Source: an uncultured Bacillota bacterium (GTDB lineage Bacteria; Sysuimicrobiota; Sysuimicrobiia; Sysuimicrobiales; Segetimicrobiaceae). Taken from it: a stretch of DNA of 64,000 nt. A model generated the notes under the pieces. The model saw only the letters and a list, made by a program, of their open reading frames with translations, searched no databases and had not been told where the DNA came from. Each line of letters starts with the position of its first letter. The first letter of the stretch is position 1. This document shows positions 61,115 through 64,000 of the stretch, piece by piece. The position numbers and the translations under genes are program-made. The stretch spans positions 8,994 through 72,993 of the forward strand of contig CAWBBU010000013.1 in the NCBI GenBank assembly GCA_963787105.1, written 5' to 3'.

Positions 61115-62280
61115 TTACGAGGACGCCGCGGGCCCGACCCCGCGGCCCTCCGTGCCGGCATCCACCCCGCCGACGGCCGGCACGGCCGCCTGATCAATCC
61201 GGAGGTACGCGTCGATGAACGGGTCCGATCCCGCCGTCGAGGACCGCCTGCACGTTGCCGGTCTCCACGCCGGTGCGGTGATCCTTGACGAGGGTGTACG
61301 GCTGCAGGACGTACGAGCGGATCTGGTTGCCCCACGCCGCGTCGCGGTGCTCACCGCGCAGCGCCGACATCTTCTGGCGCTGCTCATCCTCCCGGCGTTC
61401 CCACAGGCGGGCCATCAAGAGCTTCATCGCGGTCAGCTTGTTGGCGTGCTGCGAGCGCTCGTTTTGGCACTGCACGACGATGTTGGTCGGCAGGTGGGTG
61501 ATGCGGACCGCGGTCTCGACCTTGTTGACGTTCTGGCCGCCGGCACCGCCCGCCCGGTAGGTATCGATCCGAAGATCGTCGTCCCGCACTTGGACTTCGG
61601 CGGTTTCGATCTCCGGGACGACGTCGAGGAGCGCGAACGACGTGTGCCGCCGGTGCGCCGCGTCGAACGGAGAGATCCGTACCAGCCGGTGCACCCCGCG
61701 CTCGCCGCGGAGATATCCGTACGCGTTCGGTCCGTAGATGATCACGGTCGCGCTCTTCACGCCCGCTTCCTCACCCGGCGACACATCCACAAGCTCGGCG
61801 CGATACGCGTGCGTCTCGGCCCAGCGCAGGTACATGCGGAGCAGCATTTCGGACCAGTCTTGGGATTCCGTGCCGCCCGCGCCCGCGTGGACGGTCACGA
61901 TCGCGTTGCGGGCGTCGTGCTCGCCGGAGAGCAGGGTCGCGAGCTCGAACCGATCGAGACGCTGGCCGAGCGCCGTGACCTCGCGCTCGACATCCGCGAG
62001 GGTCGCGGGGTCCTCGCCCACGGCGAGATCCACGAGCTCGCGGAGATCAGCGACTTCCTTCTCGAGGTGCGTCAGCTCGTCGATCCGCTCCCGCAGGCCC
62101 GCGAGCTCCTGCGACACCCGACGAGCCACGTCCTGCACGTCCCAGAAGCCCGGCTGCTGAACCTGCCGTTCGAGCTCCGCGATCCGGGCACGCTGGCGGG
62201 GAACGTCAAAGATGCCTCCCGATGCCTTGGAGACGCTCGTCGTACGTGTCCAGCGCGCGCCGTAGCTCGTCGACTGTCAC
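61115..62280 (-). CDS. prfB: Peptide chain release factor 2, with a programmed +1 frameshift and an additional probable error near 61228
   Basis: ORF1 [10 protein letters not shown]...GRHL then TGA; +1 frame DVPRQR...GFWD; [18 protein letters not shown] (SPF), [21 protein letters not shown]. Confidence 0.93.
62206..62220 (-). other. RF2 programmed +1 ribosomal frameshift site
   Basis: GGGAGG-CAT-CTT-TGA-C: an internal SD 3 nt before the CUU UGA C slippery site. Confidence 0.92.
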
Positions 62281-62331
62281 TCACGAACCCCCAACCCGCG
62301 GCGTTCGTGCTCACGCGCCGCTCTTTTCGCC

Positions 62332-62340
62332 ATTATAACA
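62332..62340 (-). promoter_or_regulatory. Extended -10 promoter upstream of prfB
   Basis: TG-T-TATAAT on the minus strand, about 50 nt before GTG 62280. Confidence 0.55.
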
Positions 62341-64000
62341 TTACCAGGGTGCAAGCAAAAAGCCCAACAGCACGACGCCGACGCCGTGAGCGAGCGCGAG
62401 CGCCGGGACCTGCGCCCATCGCGCACGGATCAACCCGAACGCCGCGCCCGCGCAGAGACTCCACACCATCGCCTCCGCGCCCTGCGGGACGGCGGCGGCG
62501 ACGCCGAGGAGGGTCGACCACCAGACGGCGGTCCTCCACCCGCCCCACGCCGCCGCGGCATCGAACACGAGCCCCCGGAGCCACCACTCGAACGCGAGCC
62601 CCACCACGAGGATCGCGAGGGTGCTCCCGAGCCACCATCCGCCGGGCGGTGGCGTGAGCACCACCGGCGCCCCGTGGGACGCGAATCCCTCGACCGCGAG
62701 GCCGTACAACACCCCAACCACCGCGAGCGCGGCGGCGCCGGCCGGGACGAACCCGCGCAGCTGCAGGCCGAGGCGGGCGAGCGGCAGGCCGCGGCTCAGC
62801 GCGAGCGTCGCGGCGAACGCGGCGACGACCGGCACCAACATGACCGCACCGGCAGCTGGCACGAGCGCGTGGACGACCCACCGCGCCGCAACGAGCGCCG
62901 CGAGCGGGACCAGGGACACGACGACCAGCCGCGTGAGCGGCGCCTCCGCCGGGCCGCGGAACTCCCGCACGGCGCCCGGGACGAGCAGGACGGCGGCCGC
63001 GAGGACGGCGGCCCAGCCGACCACGTCGCCGACGCGCGCGTACAGGGTGAGCCCGGTCTCCACCGCAAACGGCGCGGCCGCGACGCCCGGGACCCCGGGC
63101 GCGAGGTGCGTCAGCACGCGGCCCTGTGGATCGATGATCTCGCTGATTCCGCGGTTCGCCGCGCGGAGCAGGTAGCGGCCCTCCTCGATGGCGCGCAGCG
63201 GCGCGATCGCCGCGTGCTGCGCGGCGGCGCTCGGCCCCGCAAACCACTGATCGTTCGTCTGCACCGCGAGCAGGACGGCGCCGGCGCGCACGCGCGCGCG
63301 GGCCAGATCGGGAAAGATGCTCTCAAAGCAGATCGCGATCCCAATCGGTCCGTCGGGGGTCGGCAGCACGCCGGAGCCGGAGCCCGCGCGCTCGCCGAAC
63401 TCCGCAAACGGCACGAGCCGGGTCTTGTCGTAGCGCCCGGCGAGGAAGCCGTCGGGCGCGAAGACGAACGCCGAGTCGGTCACGCCGCCTTCGAGGCTGC
63501 TCGCGACGAGGACCATCCGGCCGTCCCGGGCCCACCCGCCGAACTGGTTCAGCGCCTGCGGATTCCCCGCGATGTCGACCGGGGATGCCGTTTCCGGCCA
63601 TACGACGATGCGGGCACCGATCCGGGCCGCCTGCCGCGTGAGCAGCTCGAGCTCGGCCAGGCGGGCCGGCGCATCAAGCGCGGCCCGGCCCGGGGTCGTC
63701 TCGTACGCCGTCTGCACGACGGCCGCGATCGGCGGCCGCGACGCGCCGGGGACGGCCGCCGGCGACCGCAGGATCTCGGTCCCCCACCCCCAGGCGAGCG
63801 CGAGGACCACGGCGGTCGCGAGCACGACGACGGCGTGCGCGCGCAGCACGAGGAGGCGCGCCAGCACGACGTTCGCGAGGATCACGAGAAAGCTGAGCCC
63901 GAACACGCCCGCGACCGACGCGACCTGCGCGACGGCGAGGGTGGCGTGCAGCGACTCTCCGAGCAGCGCCCACGGAAACCCGAGCGGTCCCTGACTGCGG
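62341..64000 (-). CDS. lnt: Apolipoprotein N-acyltransferase with a C-terminal CPBP (CAAX protease)-like domain (5' end outside the window)
   Basis: GFPWALLG, GVFGLSF, triad VVWPETA / YDKTRLVPFAE / ICFESIF, QHAAIAPLRAIEEGR, RAANRGIS. About 190 extra aa with FEWWLRG and AHG. Confidence 0.88.
   Translation of the reverse strand, partial: RSQGPLGFPWALLGESLHATLAVAQVASVAGVFGLSFLVILANVVLARLLVLRAHAVVVLATAVVLALAWGWGTEILRSPAAVPGASRPPIAAVVQTAYETTPGRAALDAPARLAELELLTRQAARIGARIVVWPETASPVDIAGNPQALNQFGGWARDGRMVLVASSLEGGVTDSAFVFAPDGFLAGRYDKTRLVPFAEFGERAGSGSGVLPTPDGPIGIAICFESIFPDLARARVRAGAVLLAVQTNDQWFAGPSAAAQHAAIAPLRAIEEGRYLLRAANRGISEIIDPQGRVLTHLAPGVPGVAAAPFAVETGLTLYARVGDVVGWAAVLAAAVLLVPGAVREFRGPAEAPLTRLVVVSLVPLAALVAARWVVHALVPAAGAVMLVPVVAAFAATLALSRGLPLARLGLQLRGFVPAGAAALAVVGVLYGLAVEGFASHGAPVVLTPPPGGWWLGSTLAILVVGLAFEWWLRGLVFDAAAAWGGWRTAVWWSTLLGVAAAVPQGAEAMVWSLCAGAAFGLIRARWAQVPALALAHGVGVVLLGFLLAPW

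Noticed and set aside
2747-61228. The other frame breaks as programmed frameshifts or phase variation
   Set aside because: They lack slippery heptamers, SD or stimulatory elements, and they hit random and essential genes. Sequencing error is the more parsimonious explanation.

Overview
A high-GC (about 70%) bacterial chromosomal segment made up almost entirely of housekeeping and metabolic genes. I found no integrase, transposase, CRISPR array or rRNA. From left to right: moeA (partial); GTP-type PEP carboxykinase; a minus-strand run of a PEPCK(ATP)/HPr-kinase-fold protein, kbl, a secreted hydrolase, DUF4260 and an MFS transporter; a peptide ABC cassette; a PhoP/PhoR-like two-component system; livKHMGF; gdhA; a HEAT-macro-surE-ftsE-ftsX run; a nuclease-like ORF coupled to hpt; LexA-boxed dinB; RraA-like and ThDP-decarboxylase genes; an M23 peptidase; an ankyrin gene with a structured leader; nadA; tRNA-Glu(CUC); BHMT-like and FAD oxidoreductase genes; tRNA-Gln(CUG); gltX; a degenerate prs; spoVS; TagA/csaB/DUF5693/DUF2993; prfB with its canonical +1 frameshift; and a partial lnt fused to a CPBP-like domain. 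The gene content and the GAAC-N4-GTTC SOS box suggest a Terrabacteria lineage such as an Armatimonadota or CSP1-3 relative (inference). About 17 genes, including ftsE and the prfB 3' end, carry small indels, which most likely reflect unpolished long-read errors rather than pseudogenes. The best leads are several apparent pseudoenzymes (Prs, a PEPCK-like kinase, archaemetzincin, M23, the CPBP domain on Lnt), a nuclease-like/HPRT coupled pair, and two candidate cis-regulatory RNAs (the ankyrin and nadA leaders). All family calls come from motif recognition by eye, with no database searches.
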